A DNA stretch of 64,000 bases from Macrostomum lignano (taxonomy: Eukaryota), in the NCBI GenBank assembly GCA_002269645.1, contig NIVC01003339.1:1-64000 (forward strand), read 5' to 3'. The position numbers were made by a program, and so were the translations under genes. The notes under the pieces are model-generated. The model was not told the origin of the DNA. It worked only from the letters and a program-made list of their open reading frames with translations, and made no database searches. Shown here in pieces: positions 23,101-38,100 of this stretch. Positions within the stretch are counted from its first letter, which is position 1; each line of letters starts with the position of its first letter.

Positions 23101-26100
23101 CACACACGCGCGCAATGTCCAACAACTAATCCCGCATAGCAACTATTACAGTGCCAAACTCGTTTTTGCCGATAATACTCCGAGTAACTATTCACCACTT
23201 ATTCGAGTATATATAAATGATTTTATACTTGCATAGTGAACTAATTACTCTCAAAGCATGAAGTTTCCTGTGCTATCGCGCAAATCATATTGATTCTATT
23301 TTGAGCACTTGCAAAAAGTAAAAAACATGACATGAAATTTGGTATATCGAGTGACGATGAAGAAAAATACTCAACTAAATGGGAATTTAGGGGCGTTTCT
23401 TTTAGATGGGAGTTAGAGATGGGGATTAAAGAAACAGGTTCTCCCAAATGAGGATTGAAGAGACAGATTCTCCCAAATGGGCATTAAAGAAACAGATTCT
23501 CCCAAATAGGGATTAAAGAGACAGATTCTCCCAAATGGGGATTACAGAAACAGATTCTCCCAAATGGGGATTAAAGAAACTGATTCTCCCAAATGGGGAT
23601 TAAAGAAACAGATTCTCCCAAATGGGGATTAAAGAAACTGATTCTCCCTAATGGGGATTAAAGAAACAGATTCTCCCTAATGGGGATTAACGAAACTGAT
23701 TCTCCCTAATGGGGATTAAAGAAACAGATTCTCCCTAATGGGGATTAACGAAACTGATTCTCCCTAATGGGGATTAAAGAAACTGATTCTCCCTAATGGG
23801 GATTAAAGAAACTGATTCTCCCTAATGGGGATTAACGAAAAAGATTCGCCCTATTGGGGATTAAAGAAACTGATTCTCCCAAATGGGGATTAAAGAAACT
23901 GATTCTCCCTAATGGGGATTAAAGAAACTGATTCTCCCTAATGGGGATTAAAGAAACTGATTCTCCCAAATGGGGATTAAAGAAACTGATTCTCCCTAAT
24001 GGGGATTAAAGAAACTGATTCTCCCTAATTGGGATTAAAGAAACTGATTCTCCCTAATGGGGATTAACGAAAAAGATTCGCCCTATTGGGGATTAAAGAA
24101 ACTGATTCTCCCTAATGGGGATTAAAGAAACTGATTCTCCCTAATGGGGATTAACGAAAAAGATTCGCCCTATTGGGGATTAGATAGACAGAAGATAAAA
24201 TTAGACTTGACTCACCTTAACCGTGAAATCGTTGCTAACAACATCTCCGCCGCGAACGCTGCACGTTAGGTAGAAATTTCGATATCTAATAATTGGATTA
24301 TTATTAGAATAAATCACGCGAGACAGCAGGCTCTGATAGACCCGAGCGCTAGCGTAGCCTTCAAGCAGCAGTTGCCGTTGATTAACTCGGCCTTCAATAC
24401 CAGAATCAGTAGCTTTACCAACTGGCCAAATCAGAGATTCAACTGCGGTGAAATCTGGACTAGTCTTCAGCACGCAAGCGTCCAGTTGCTTAGCAACCGA
24501 AGAGGACAGAGAAATCTCTAGGCCTTGCAGAAAGCTGACTCCGCCACGGATTGAGGACAGTTCTTCGGGCTTGTAGCGAAGGAGGTTCGGGCCGGAGATG
24601 CACAGACGGTCCGACAGGAGAACAGAGGCCAGGGACGTCTGAGCCGACGGAGGTGGCGGCGGCGGTGTCGGGTCGGAGACTTCGACATTGATGGTCACTG
24701 GGTCAACGTTTACTGTGGTCTTCGGATTGGAGCAGCTGGAGATGAAGATGAAGATGAGCACTATTTTAATTGATTTGTTCAGGTTCTTAGGATCTTTCAG
24801 TGTAGCTTTAGAACTGTACCCCTTCTGAGGTCCTTCGAGTCCTTAAAGGGTCCCTCAGTGTGGGACTGTATCCCTTTTAGGGTCATTTGGGTCCTTCAGT
24901 GTGGGACTGTATCCCTTTTAGGGTCATTTGGGTCCTTCAGCGAGGGACTGTATCCCTTTTAAGGTCATTTGGGTCCTTCAGTGTGGGACTGTACGAGCTA
25001 TCCCTATTAGGGTGTTTTGGGACAGTGTGGGACTGCACCCCTTCTAGGGTCCTTTGGGTCCTTCAGTGTGGGACTGTACCCCTTCTAGGGTCCTTTGGGT
25101 CCTTCACCATGAGACTGTACCCCTTCTAGGGTCCTTTGGGTCCTTCAGTGTGGGACTGCACCCCTTCTAGGGTCCTTTGGGTCCTTCAGTGTGGGACTGT
25201 ACCCCTTCTAGGGTCCTTTGGGTCCTTCACCATGAGACTGTACCCCTTCTAGGGTCCTTTGGGTCCTTCAGTGTGGGACTGCACCCCTTCTAGGGTCCTT
25301 TGGGTCCTTCAGTGTGGGACTGTATCCCTTTTAGGGTCTTTTGGGTCTCTCAGTGTGGGACTGTATCCCTTTTAGGGTCTTTTGGGTCCCTCAGTGTGGG
25401 ACTGTATCCCTATTAGGGACTTTTGGGTCTTTTAGTGTGGGACTGTACCCCTTCTGGGTCCTTTGGGTCCTTCACCATGGGACTGTACCCCTTCTAGGGT
25501 CCTTTGGGTCCTTCAGTGTGGGACTGTACCCCTTCTAGAGTCCTTCGGGTCCTTCACCATGGGACTGTACCCCTTCTAGAGTCCTTCGGGTCCTATATTA
25601 GCGCTAGTGGGTTGCAGCCCAGTGGTTGGAGCGTCGAACTCACAACTGGAAGGTCGGGGGTTCGATTCCCAAACCAATCGAACAATTTGTGCCCTTGAGC
25701 AAGACACTCAACTCTGCATTGCTTCAGTTCACCCAGCTGTAAAATGGGTGCCAGCATTAGCTGGGGTAATTGAGGGTGTGTGTGGCGACCCCCCCCCTCC
25801 AGTCCTTGGACTGAACAGCCGTACGCAGCCTTCAGATGCGCCGCGCAATAGCTGCGGCTGAGCTGTCGGTTGCACCTCTGGCCCAATTGGTTTTATTTTA
25901 TTTTAAGCAATAGCATAGAAAAAAGCCACTCACGTCACCACCGTATCCAATCGAATGCTTCTCTTAACAGCGCTACTAAGTTCGTCCTGACGCCGGCGCA
26001 CATTAATATAGCCGATGCTGCGCAACAGGTTGGCGAGCTCAGTAGCATTCCGACCCTTGATCTCGATCATGGTGTAGTCGGCATTCAGCGACACGCTCAT

Positions 26101-29100
26101 GCCCGGCTCCAGTTGAGTCTTAGTGCTGAAATCCAGCTTCTCGTGACAATGATTCAAACAGTGGATGACCGTGTCCGACTCTATATTGTTTCTTAGCAGA
26201 ACCAGTCCGGCCAGAGAGCCTTTGAAGAACTGGTGATACACACCGTCTCTGCTGTGCCAACAGGCGCCGATGGTCAGGCGGGTGGCCGTGTACGGCGACC
26301 GGTGCATCGGGTAGTCGTCAAGGATCTGCAGCGGCGGGGGGTTGGGGGGAGACAGGTACTGGAGATTGTTTTGCTGCCTCACAATCTGCCATTCTAGCTG
26401 CTTTAAAATCTGCCATGCTACCTATCTCACAGTCTGCTAGTCTATTTACCTCACAATATCCCACTCTACCTACCTCACAATCTGCCACTCTATTTTATCC
26501 ACCTCATAATCTGCTGCACGAGCTAACCCACAATCTGCAGTTTTGTCCATTACAACATTATTTACCACACAATCTACTACTGTATCTACCTCACAATCTG
26601 CCACTCTATATGACACAATCTGCCACTTTACCTACCCCACAATCTGCCACTCTATGACACAATCTGCCACTTTACCTACCCCACAATCTGCCACTTTACC
26701 TACCCCACAATCTGCCACTTTACCTACCCCACAATCTGCCACTCTATGACACAATCTGCCACTTTACCTATCTCACAATCTGCCACTTTACCTATCTTAC
26801 AATCTGCCACTGTATCTACCTTACAATTTGCAGTTCTGTCCACAACGCAATCTGCCATTTTATCTACCTCACAATCTGCCACTCTATCTATCTACCTCAC
26901 AATCTACCACTCTATCTACAACACAATCTGCCACTTTATCTATCTACCAGACAATCTGCCATTCTATATATATCTACCTCACAATCTGCAGTTCTGTCTA
27001 CAAAACAATCTGCCAAGATATCTACACCTCACAATCTGTCACTATCTACTTAACAATCTGCAAATCTATCTACCCCATTTATCCACCACTTCCAATAATC
27101 CTCCAAACACTCTAAAATCCCCTTTCTCACCTGCGGATTATCAGCCGTGGCAGAAAAGATATTGCCATCAATGTCCAGCTTGACCCGGCCGCCGCTAAAG
27201 CTGACAGCATAGTGATGCCATTCCGAATCGCACACTTCGCTCAGCCGGAAACGCCATTCGGCAGCTTTCAAACTCCGATCATCAGAATGACGATTATACT
27301 CCTGTCTGAGCAGTAGGATCAGCTTGCAGTTGTGCAGAAACACAGAATAATGATGTCGATTATGACCGCGCTCATCTGCGCTGCACAGGATCTGCTCCTT
27401 GGCGCCGTCTCTAGACATAGGACCGTGCCGCAGCCAAAAGTGCAAAGTGAACTGTTGGCCTAGCATATGCGATTTTGGCACTACATCAGACGGTACGTCC
27501 ATGAAGTACTGAATGCCATCGAAACTATGATGCTCTTTCGGTTGCAATGGCTTCTTCTTCTGTGCTTTCTTCTGATCTTCTAGTAGCTTCTTCTTTAACT
27601 GAGCCGCAGCAATGTCAGCAGCTTTGCAGCATTTGCAATCTGGCAGAGTTATCTCTGCTTCAGCTTTGCCCGAGTCAGTGCTTGATAGCTTAGCCGGTGA
27701 GTAGTGCGGATTGAGCAGGTCCACGGAGGCTGGGTTTACCTCTGTATGGAATAAAACACAATGGAAAGTGTGATAAAGTGCTAGCATAATATTCCATAGA
27801 GTGCCACCCCAGATAGTTAAAACTTCAGTGGAGTGCCACCCCAGATAGTTAAAACTTCAGTGGAGTGCCACCCCAGATAGTTAAAACTTCAGTGGAGTGC
27901 CACCCCAGATAGTTAAAACTTCAGTGGAGTGCCACCCCAGATAGTTGAAACTTCAGTGGAGTGCCACCCCAGATAGTTGAAACTTCAGTGGAGTGCCACC
28001 CCAGATAGTTGAAACTTCAGTGGAGTGCCACCCCAGATAGTTGAAACTTCAGTGGAGTGCCACCCCAGATAGTTGAAACTTCAGTGGAGTGCCACCCCAG
28101 ATAGTTGAAACTTCAGTGGAGTGCCACCCCAGATAGTTGAAACTTCAGTGGAGTGCCACCCCAGATAGTTGAAACTTCAGTGGAGTGCCACCCCAGATAG
28201 TTGAAACTTCAGTGGAGTGCCACCCCAGATAGTTAAAACTTCAGTGGAGTGCCACCACAGATAGTTAAAACTTCAGTGGAGTGCCACCCCAGATAGTTGA
28301 AACTTCAGTGGAGTGCCACCCCAGATAGTTGAAACTTCAGTGGAGTGCCACCCCAGATAGTTAAAACTTCAGTGGAGTGCCACCACAGATAGTTAAAACT
28401 TCAGTGGAGTGCCACCCCAGATAGTTGAAACTTCAGTGGAGTGCCACCCCCTTTCTAGATAAGTCTTTGCATGAAAATCACTTACGGCAAACGCTCCTCT
28501 GCTCGTACAGGTTACGAACGCTCCGTTCGCACACCTGATCCCAAGCCGACGACTGTACGCTGATCTTTACAACTGCTGAGTTTTGCACGCACTGACCTTT
28601 GTCCCCGCCGGTCAGGGACAGAGCAGCCGAAGGAGCAAACAGCTTCACTCCGCTCATAGCTGGATAGACCAACTGTTTGGGCACGTCTGGAATGAATTAT
28701 TTGTGAAAAATTGAAACAAATGTTTTATATACTACTACTGAAAGGATTAAACAGTATGTAGTGATCCGCTAGTTGGTGTTAGGCGTCGCACTTTGTCAGC
28801 AGTTGCCCTTGCCCTCGCCCTCGCCCTGGGTTGCTGTCTGCCGCTGGTCAGCTTCCCGCCTCCCTCCTTTTGTCTGTCTGTTGCTGCTCCCTTCCCTCGT
28901 TTTGCCCGTTTTGCCCCTTCGTTTCTCAGCCCTCAGCTGCTCTGCTGTGGGCTGTCGCTGTTTCGTCAGTCTTGGTTTCCTCTGTCATGTGAGCAAGTCA
29001 CATGGCAGATCTTGCGTTCTTGGAGTCTTAAAGTGCAGTAAACATGTTTACTGCACTCGCTGTCCCTGTTTACCGGGTAAGTCACATGCTTTCGGTCCCC

Positions 29101-32100
29101 TCCCTTCTCTAAGGAGAGGAGTGACTCATGTTGCTAAAAATAGCAACTGAGTCACAGCCATGTGCACTCTGCCAGGGGACCCTCAAGTGACGTCAGTTCT
29201 AAAAATAGAACAAGTCACGAGGTCTTCCGCGCGCTAGTACCCTGCACGAGACTCTCAAGTGACGTCAGTTCTAAAAATAGAACAAGTCACGAGGTCTTGT
29301 GCGCGGGTGTTTCCCGGCTATAAATAGGACCCCTCTCCCCCTTGTTTCCGTCAAGGAGTTTTCAGTTATCAGTATTTGTAGCCGAGTGCCTGAGATTCTG
29401 ACTATTCGTCTTCGGAATCTTCTTCTTGTCTAGTTTTCCGGACTTCGTTCAGTTGCCCATTTAAGCTATCACCAATTGGCCTGACTAAAACTTAGACGCC
29501 CAAGCCTAAGGGAGGCTAACACTGCCTTCCCAGCCACCCTGAGCCCGGCGGGGATCTGCTGATCAGGACGCCCTGTTCATTAATCTGCAAATCTGCACGC
29601 TGTGCTGAGTTCGTTGACTTGTTTATTTCGTTCCGATGGGAAGCTCACCTCACCGAAGGCTGAGACCTGAAGGAACTGGTGGCAGCACTACCTACGCTAC
29701 TGCGCGCTAAAAGGACTTCCCACTGAAGAGGCTCGAGGTTTAAGGTAATCCGCAAGGGCCTAATCCGGGAAGCAAACAGCGTCTACTTCAAGTAGAATAG
29801 ATAGAACATATTATTCAGCGTAAATTATACACCAAATTAATTAAACCGGTAGGGGAGGCCGTGGCCCAGTGATCCAGAGCGACGCTCTCATGTGCCAGCG
29901 GCCCAGGCTCGATTCCAAGTGCAGTCGCATTAATTTGGGGCTAAATTGGAATCTCGGCGTGGCTCTGCTCGTGAAATTAACGGCCTTCCTTGAAGGCCAA
30001 CCCCCCAAGGCACAGTGAAGTGTACATGCCAAACGATAATATAAAGTTAGGGCCGCTGTACACTCCTGTGTGAGTGTGTGCCTGCGTACGTATCCGCGCG
30101 CTTGTATGCCTGCTCAGGGGAGTCGGCGGAATGGGCAGTAATGCCTCTCGCCGGTTGTGTGCCTATGTCGCTTAAAGTGCGCCAGGGTGCACACAGCCCC
30201 CTGCCTCTAATCTAACAGAAGAATCCAATCGGTAGATTCAATGATATGCATCAGAAATGCAGTAAAGATGCACTTTGTTAGGCTATCTTGATGGTACTAA
30301 AAAAACGCCCCAGATGATACACACCCGCCCAAGCCGGCGCGAGCAAGATGTCAATCCAAACTTTGGAACGAAATACCAGCGTTACTCTATATATATATAT
30401 AAAGAAAAATAAAGATTAAAGAAGACATCCCAAGTCCGCCTAACCAATAAATCTACCTTTTCTGAACAGAATTGCTTTTTAGCTGATTAGATTGGAACGC
30501 TATTCGCACAGGCTGTTAGACCTTGGGGGCAAGATGAACTTTGCTAGTTCACTTAACCTTTATATACTAGCTAAATATATTTAGTTGAAAAATCTCCTGA
30601 AAGCAAATTTCCTCGAGTGTGAGTCAAAGTCAGCAAAAAAAAGCGATTAATTTTTCCTGCCTATCAATTTTTGCTTTCATAGAAAACATGGTCGAAGCAA
30701 TTTATAGACGGATTTTCAATAATTTAGTAAGTCAGAGAGGAAAATACGTCCGGCACGAGGATTTCAAAATTAACGAGTGTGGAAGGATCTAGATAGGGAT
30801 TTTATTTGTAAGGTTGGCAATAAAAATTGATGAGGTTATAAAAGCCAATACGGTAGAAGAAGTTAGGCCGCAGATAGATCCAGTGATAAATGGATTGAGA
30901 TTTTCTATTCTATTTTTTTCTGAGTAAAGCTTATAATCATGATAATTAAAGATAAAGTTAATAGAGCCCAATAGACGGAATTATAGGCCTTTATAATTAA
31001 ATTTGGCCATATGAGACGAGTATTCATAAAGCATTGACTTCGGAGAGACAGACAGTAGTCTTGATGCTCTTGTGTGCAGAATAAATTCTACTTGTATATT
31101 TTACGACAGTCTAGAAATAGACTACCTAACTGAGTCCTCAATATTTCTATGAGTAGATACTTTACAATATTATGTTTATTAGAGGCAGGGGGGTTGTGTG
31201 CACCCTGGCGCACTTTAAGCGACATTGTCGCACACAACCGGTGAGAGGCATTACTGCCCATTCCACCGACTCCCCTGAGCAGGCACACAAGCGCGCGGAT
31301 ACGTACGCAGTCACACACTCACACAGGAGTGTACAGCGGCCCTAACTTTATTTTATCGTTAGGCATGTACACTTCACTGCGCCTTGGGGGTTGGCCTTCA
31401 AGGCCGTTGATTGCACCAAATTAATGACTGCACTTGGAATCGAGCCCATATGAGTATATATATATGCACGAATACTCGTTCATAATATTGATTGATAAAT
31501 ATTTGCTTCCCTAACGCAAAAAACTCTTAAATTCCATAAGAGAAGATTGACAGGCATTAATTGGGAAAAATTTCCACCCAACCATATATGGGATACGCAT
31601 AAACTACACACGAAAAAAATATTACAAAGCATTCCTACGTGCGTACTAATAGACAAAACTTCCAATGGGCAAATCCAGTATTTCAACCATCAGTTTTCAC
31701 ATCATTGTAAATTTCGAAATCATTCGTGCTTTTTAATTTACTAGAAAGTCTACGTTAAAATCTATAATATACGACCTCACATATATTTATGAAATTTCAG
31801 TAGGGCTGTGGGGAATACTGGTGCAACACTATTTCATTTAATTCAACTCCAGAAACTGTTGTAAAGATCTCCTTGACTCAAACCCATCCTCTTATGCAGT
31901 CCAATTCCTTTTCTCCCCCCGAGGGAAGCTCGTGGCGCAATGATAGATAGACGATCTAGATAGGAATGGGGAATCGAAAAAGAACTGGGGTTTGGAGGGG
32001 AGAACGATGCGCTGGGGACAACTCACAAGTGAAGCCAAGGAAGGGGAGGAAATGAGGAATGGAGACGAGAGGACGAGGAACACGGCAACAACAAGGCGCG

Positions 32101-35100
32101 ACGCCTTCCAGTCTAGCAAGAGAAAGATGATTAGTCATCCGGATATAAGGTCCACTAAAAATAAGCCTTATCCATTGGACATACATGTGGCAAACACAAG
32201 CACTCACTGACTATGCAATGTTATATGAGAACTGGTCAGCCAGCAAATGCACACAGCGGTTGCAATGTTCATCAGAGAGACACAGCCAATAATGTCTACC
32301 CCTTAGATACTGAATGGCGAGAGCAGTGGCTTAAGACCCAATCGCTACGGGCTACGGGGTGATTGATCGAATTTTTTCTCCTATGGGATTTTAGAAACTA
32401 AAAAATGACTCATTCTTTTAGTAGCTAGCTGGTGCTATATATACATACGAGTAAATATACACATTTGGACTCATGCCAAAGCACTGAAGTTGCGATGACA
32501 TATTTTATACAAAGGGTAGCTTATCTTTTATTTTTGTATACTACGAGTATAAAACGTCACTGATTTGTCACACTGCACAGGTGAGGTTTGGAGGTTAAAA
32601 AGTCACTGATTTGTCACACTGAATAGGTTAAGTTTGGACGTTAAAAAGTCACTGATTTGTCACACTGAATAGGTTAAGTTTGGACGTTAAAAAGTCACTG
32701 ATTTGTCACACTGAATAGGTTAAGTTTGGACGTTAAAAAGTCACTGATTTGTCACACTGAATAGGTTAAGTTTGGACGTTAAAAAGTCACTGATTTGTCA
32801 CACTGAATAGGTTAAGTTTGGACGTTAAAAAGTCACTGATTTGTCACACGGAATAGGTGAAGTTTGGAGGTTAAAAAAGCCAGCATCACTTTTGATAAGC
32901 AATGAAGCAGACTCATTCCATTTTCATTGCAGAAACAATAACACTAGATTGCTTAGCTAAGGTTAAGCCAACAAAGGCAGCCAAGAATTTCCAATTAGCT
33001 AGACTTACAGAGCCTCGGAGCCTTCATTCGCTAAAAAGATGATTTCCCCTGGCAACTGTTCACACACCACTCATTCATCAATCATTTTTTTCGGTGGAAA
33101 AAGTACGTTTAAACAATCAATTCTAAGTCAAGAAAACACACGCTCCGCAAACAGAGTTGAAAACCGAATGCTGATTGTTTTTTTAAACACACGTGCCTTC
33201 CCAAGCACTAGCCTAGTTAAAGACTTGCTTTTCGTTCTTCTGTTCACTGGAACAAAACTAAATACCGACAATACAACAGTCAAGAAAGGTGAGAATTGGA
33301 AAAATATGAGGAAAATTTGCTTAAAAAATTTAGGATGGATCCATGAAGATGGATGACATTGGGGGTAGGGGTAAGAGTGGTAAGAGAGGGTGAGATTGAG
33401 GGGTGGGGTGAGATTAAGGGGTGATGTGAGATTGAGGGAGGGTGAGATTGAAGGAAGGTGAGATTGAGGGTGGGGTGAGATGGACGGATGGTGAGATTGG
33501 GGTTGGAATGAGATTGAGGGAGGGTGAGATTGAAGAGGATGAGATTAAGTAAAATGTGAGATAGGGAGATAAGGAGAGGGTGAGATTAGTGAGATTGAGG
33601 GACGGTGAGATTGAGGGACGGTGAGATTGAGGGAAGGTGAGATTGAGAGAGGGTGAGATTGAGGGAGGGTGAGATTGAGGGAAGGTGAGATTGAGGGAAG
33701 GTGAGATTGAGGGAAGGTGAGATTGAGGGAAGGTGAGATTGAGGGAGGGTGAGATTGAGGGAGGGTGAGATTGAGGGAAGGTGAGATTGAGGGACGGTGA
33801 GATTGAGGGAAGGTGAGATTGAGGGAAGGTGAGATTGAGGGAAGGTGAGATTGAGGGAGGGTGAGATTGAGGGAGGGTGAGATTGAGGGAAGGTGAGATT
33901 GAGGGACGGTGAGATTGAGGGAAGGTGAGATTGAGGGAAGGTGAGATTGAGGGAAGGTGAGATTGAGGGAAGGTGAGATTGAGGGAGGGTGAGATTGAGG
34001 GAGGGTGAGATTGAGGGAAGGTGAGATTGAGGGACGGTGAGATTGAGGGAAGGTGAGATTGAGGGAAGGTGAGATTGAGGGAAGGTGAGATTGAGGGAGG
34101 GTGAGATTAAGAGAGGGTGAGATTGAGGGAAGGTGAGATTGAGAGAGAGTGAGATTGAAGGTGGAGTGAGATTGAGGGTGGGGTGAGATGGAGGAATGGT
34201 GAGATTGGGGTTGGAATGAGATTGAGGGAGGGTGAGATTGAAGAGGATGAGATTAAGTAAAAGGTGAGATTGCTGAGATAAGGAGAGGGTGAGATTAGTG
34301 AGATTGAGGGACGGTGAGATTGAGGGAAGGTGAGATTGAGAGAGGGTGAGATTGAGGGAAGGTGAGATTGAGAGAGGGTGAGATTGAGGGAAGGTGAGAT
34401 TGAGAGAGGGTGAGATTGAGGGAAGGTGAGATTGAGGGAGGGTGAGATTGAGGGAGGGTGAGATTGAGAGAGGGTGAGATTGAGGGAAGGTGAGATTGAG
34501 GGAGGGTGAGATTGAGGGAAGGTGAGATTGAGAGAGGGTGAGATTGAGGGAAGGTGAGATTGAGGGAGGGTGAGATTGAGAGAGGGTGAGATTAAGAGAT
34601 GGTGAGATTGAGAGATAGTGAGATTGAGAGAGGGTGAGATTGAGGGAAGGTGAGATTGAGAGAGGGTGAGATTGAGGGAAGGTGAGATTGAGAGAGGGTG
34701 AGATTGAGGGAAGGTGAGATTGAGGGAGGGTGAGATTGAGGGAGGGTGAGATTGAGGGAGGGTGAGATTGAGAGAGGGTGAGATTGAGGGAAGGTGAGAT
34801 TGAGGGAGGGTGAGATTGAGAGAGGGTGAGATTAAGAGATGGTGAGATTGAGAGATAGTGAGATTGAGAGAGGGTGAGATTGAGGGAAGGTGAGATTGAG
34901 AGAGGGTGAGATTGAGGGAGGGTGAGATTAAGAGATAGTGAGATTGAGGGAAGGTGAGATTGAGAGAAGGTGAGATTAAGAGATGGTGAGATTGAGAGAT
35001 AGTGAGATTGAGAGAAAGTAATATTGAAGAGGATTAGATTAATGGGTGAGATTGGTGAGACAGTGAAATTGGGAGGTGAGGTTGAACGAGGGATGAGATC

Positions 35101-38100
35101 GGTGAGAAGGCTGAGATTGGCTAGAGAAAAATATGAGACAAAGAGAGATATGATAAGAAACTGAGCTGACATAAAGGAAAACGTCAAAGGCCAAATAAAA
35201 TACGTATGTATAGCTCTAGACAAGCCTAAATATCTATCTGCAGAGCCAGTTTACCTATACAAGCAGAGCAGAACAGAGCCGCTTCTACTTGCCTACCCAG
35301 CTTATAGCAATAAATAAATTGAGTTAATCCCCAAAGCGACTCAGAGAGCTGTCTATAAGCTCAAACCCCACCCCCCACCCCTAGGATCTGGGGGAGATGC
35401 AGCCCAGGACAGGCGCTGCGATGCAGAGGCAGAGATAAGAATTGAGAGCAGAGCAGAGCACATAAGCTAGCAGGCCGTGACACTCAGGCACACGCGCCGT
35501 CGTACTCAAAAGTATATATAATTCAGTATGCGGTAGGTTCCAGCTAGCTTATTAATTGAATACGTTTAAAATATACACAGCCTATGGTGCAGTAGAATAT
35601 GCTAGGCTGCACTGGAAATAAAGTATTATCATATGATTTATACGCAATGCTTAATGGCTTGATTAATTTCAGACAAGATACCCCGCAATCTACCTGCTAA
35701 GATACCCAGGAACCTTCTTGATAAACACCCGGAACCATCCTGATTAAACACCCTGGAACCCTCCTAAATAAAAACCCTGGAACCCTCTCGAATAAACACC
35801 CTGGAACCCTCCCAAATAAAAACCCTGGAACCCTCTCGAATAAACACCCTGGAATCCTCCCGAATAAACACCCTGGAACCCTCCCAAATAAAAACCCTGG
35901 AACCCTCTCGAATAAACACCCTGGAATCCTCCCGAATAAACACCCTGGAACCCTCTCGAATAAACACCCTGGAACCCTCTCGAATAAAAACCCTGGAACC
36001 CTCTCGAATAAACACCCTGGAATCCTCCCGAATAAACACCCTGGAACCCTCTCGAATAAACACCCTGGTACCCTCTCGAATAAACACCCTGGAATCCTCC
36101 CGAATAAACACCCTGGAACCCTCTCGAATAAACACCCTGGAACCCTCTCGAATAAAAACCCCGGAACCCTCTCGAATAAACACCCTGGAATCCTCCCGAA
36201 TAAACACCCTGGTACCCTCCCGAATAAACACCCTGGTACCCTCCCGAATAAACACCCTGGAACCCTTCCGAATAAAAACCCTGGAACCCTCTCGAATAAA
36301 CACCCTGGAGCCCTCTCGAATAAACACCCTGGAATCCTCCCGAATAAACACCCTGGTACCCTCCCGAATAAACACCCTGGAACCCTCCCGAATAAACACC
36401 CTGGAACCCTCTCGAATAAACACCCTGGAACCCTCTCGAATAAACACCCTGGAGCCCTCTCGAATAAACACCCTGGAACCCTCTCGAATAAACACCCTGG
36501 AACCCTCTCGAATAAACACCCTGGAACCCTCACGAATAAACACCCTGGAGCCCTCTCGAATAAAAACCCTGGAACCCTCTCGAATAAACACCCTGGAATC
36601 CTCCCGAATAAACACCCTGGTACCCTCCCGAATAAACACCCTGGAACCCTCCCGAATAAAAACCCTGGAACCCTCTCGAATAAACACCCTGGAACCCTCC
36701 CAAATAAAAACCCTGGAACCCTCTCGAATAAATACCCTGGAATCCTCCCGAATAAACACCCTGGTACCCTCCCGAATAAACACCCTGGTACCCTCCCGAA
36801 TAAACACCCTGGAACCCTCCCGAATAAACACCCTGGAACCCTCCCGAATAAACAACCTGGAACCTTCTCGAATAAACACCCTGGAACCCTCACTAAAATA
36901 AAGCACTAGACGGTTTACTGTCACCAACCAGCAGACAAAAACCTATATAAAAGTTCAATAAACTGTTCGAGTGCATCAATTCGAGGCCACAGTCAGTGGC
37001 AGCTCAATTCTCTAATCCACTTTGCTGTCGGATATTCTGCAGTCTCTGGAGACAGTCACAGAATAAAAATCAAATTTCCAAACTCTCATCTCAGGCGCTC
37101 TATTATATATATTCAGAGCTCTCTTCTACTGCGCAAGCCTAAATTGATTTTATTGTTGACTTGGGTCCTTTAAATAGGGTATTTTCTCATCTCTCACCTC
37201 TTCTCTCTCCCCTATAATCTTCTCTCATATAACCCTAATAACAATAATAAGAATCGATATTACCGACTTACTCAACCATTTAGCAGACAGGGTAGTCGGT
37301 TTTGCAGAGTCACGATGTTCAGTGTTGTTAGCCGCAACTCCAGAAGCAGGTTGGACAACAATAATAACAGTAACTGAAGATTTCCGCGACTCCGGTACGC
37401 TGCAATCGCTGGCGGTTACTCGCAGGTGAAAGCGTTGCTTGGTTGTCTTGGCAACCAGTGGCGTTTTCAGATAGATTGAGCCTGAAAATTGGCAACGGTG
37501 GTTGAGCACTCAGGAGAGGGTATGGCATCTGCTCATCAAGGATTGAGCACTCAGGAGAGGGTATGGCATCTGCTCATGAAGGATTGAGCACTCAGGAGAG
37601 GGTATAGCATCTGCTCATGAAGGATTGAGCACTCAGGAGAGGGTATGACATCTGCTCATGAAGGATTGAGCACTCAGGAGAGGGTATAGCATCTACTCAT
37701 GAATGATTGAGCACTCAGGAGAGGGTATAGCATCTGCTCATGAATGATCGAGCACTCATGAGAGGGTATAGCATCTACTCATGAATGATTGAGCACTCAT
37801 GAGAGGGTATAGCATCTACTCATGAATGATTGAGCACTCATGAGAGGGTATAGCATCTACTCATGAATGATTGAGCACTCATGAGAGGGTATAGCATCTA
37901 CTCATGAATGATTGAGCACTCATGAGAGGGTATAGCATCTACTCATGAATGATTGAGCACTCATGAGAGGGTATAGCATCTACTCATGAATGATTGAGCA
38001 CTCATGAGAGGGTATGACATCTACTCATGAATGATTGAGCACTCATGAGAGGGTATGACATCTACTCATCAAGGATTGAGCACTCAGGAGAGGGTATGGC

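Noticed and set aside
25609-25672. tRNA gene candidates at SINE heads
   Set aside because: They continue into a shared SINE body repeated elsewhere in the window; no convincing cloverleaf or terminator.
27798-28452. CRISPR-like arrays (32-bp; also 29-bp at 23.4 kb and 41-bp at 24.9 and 37.5 kb)
   Set aside because: Units are head-to-tail with no unique spacers, no cas genes are present, and they lie in introns of an animal gene.
30789-30971. Mitochondrial-carrier-like or NUMT fragment
   Set aside because: 60 aa with no PxDxxK motif; resemblance too weak.
33586-36927. Repeat-derived ORFs of 387-545 aa (and those at 6118-7236)
   Set aside because: Translations of minisatellites with no coding context.
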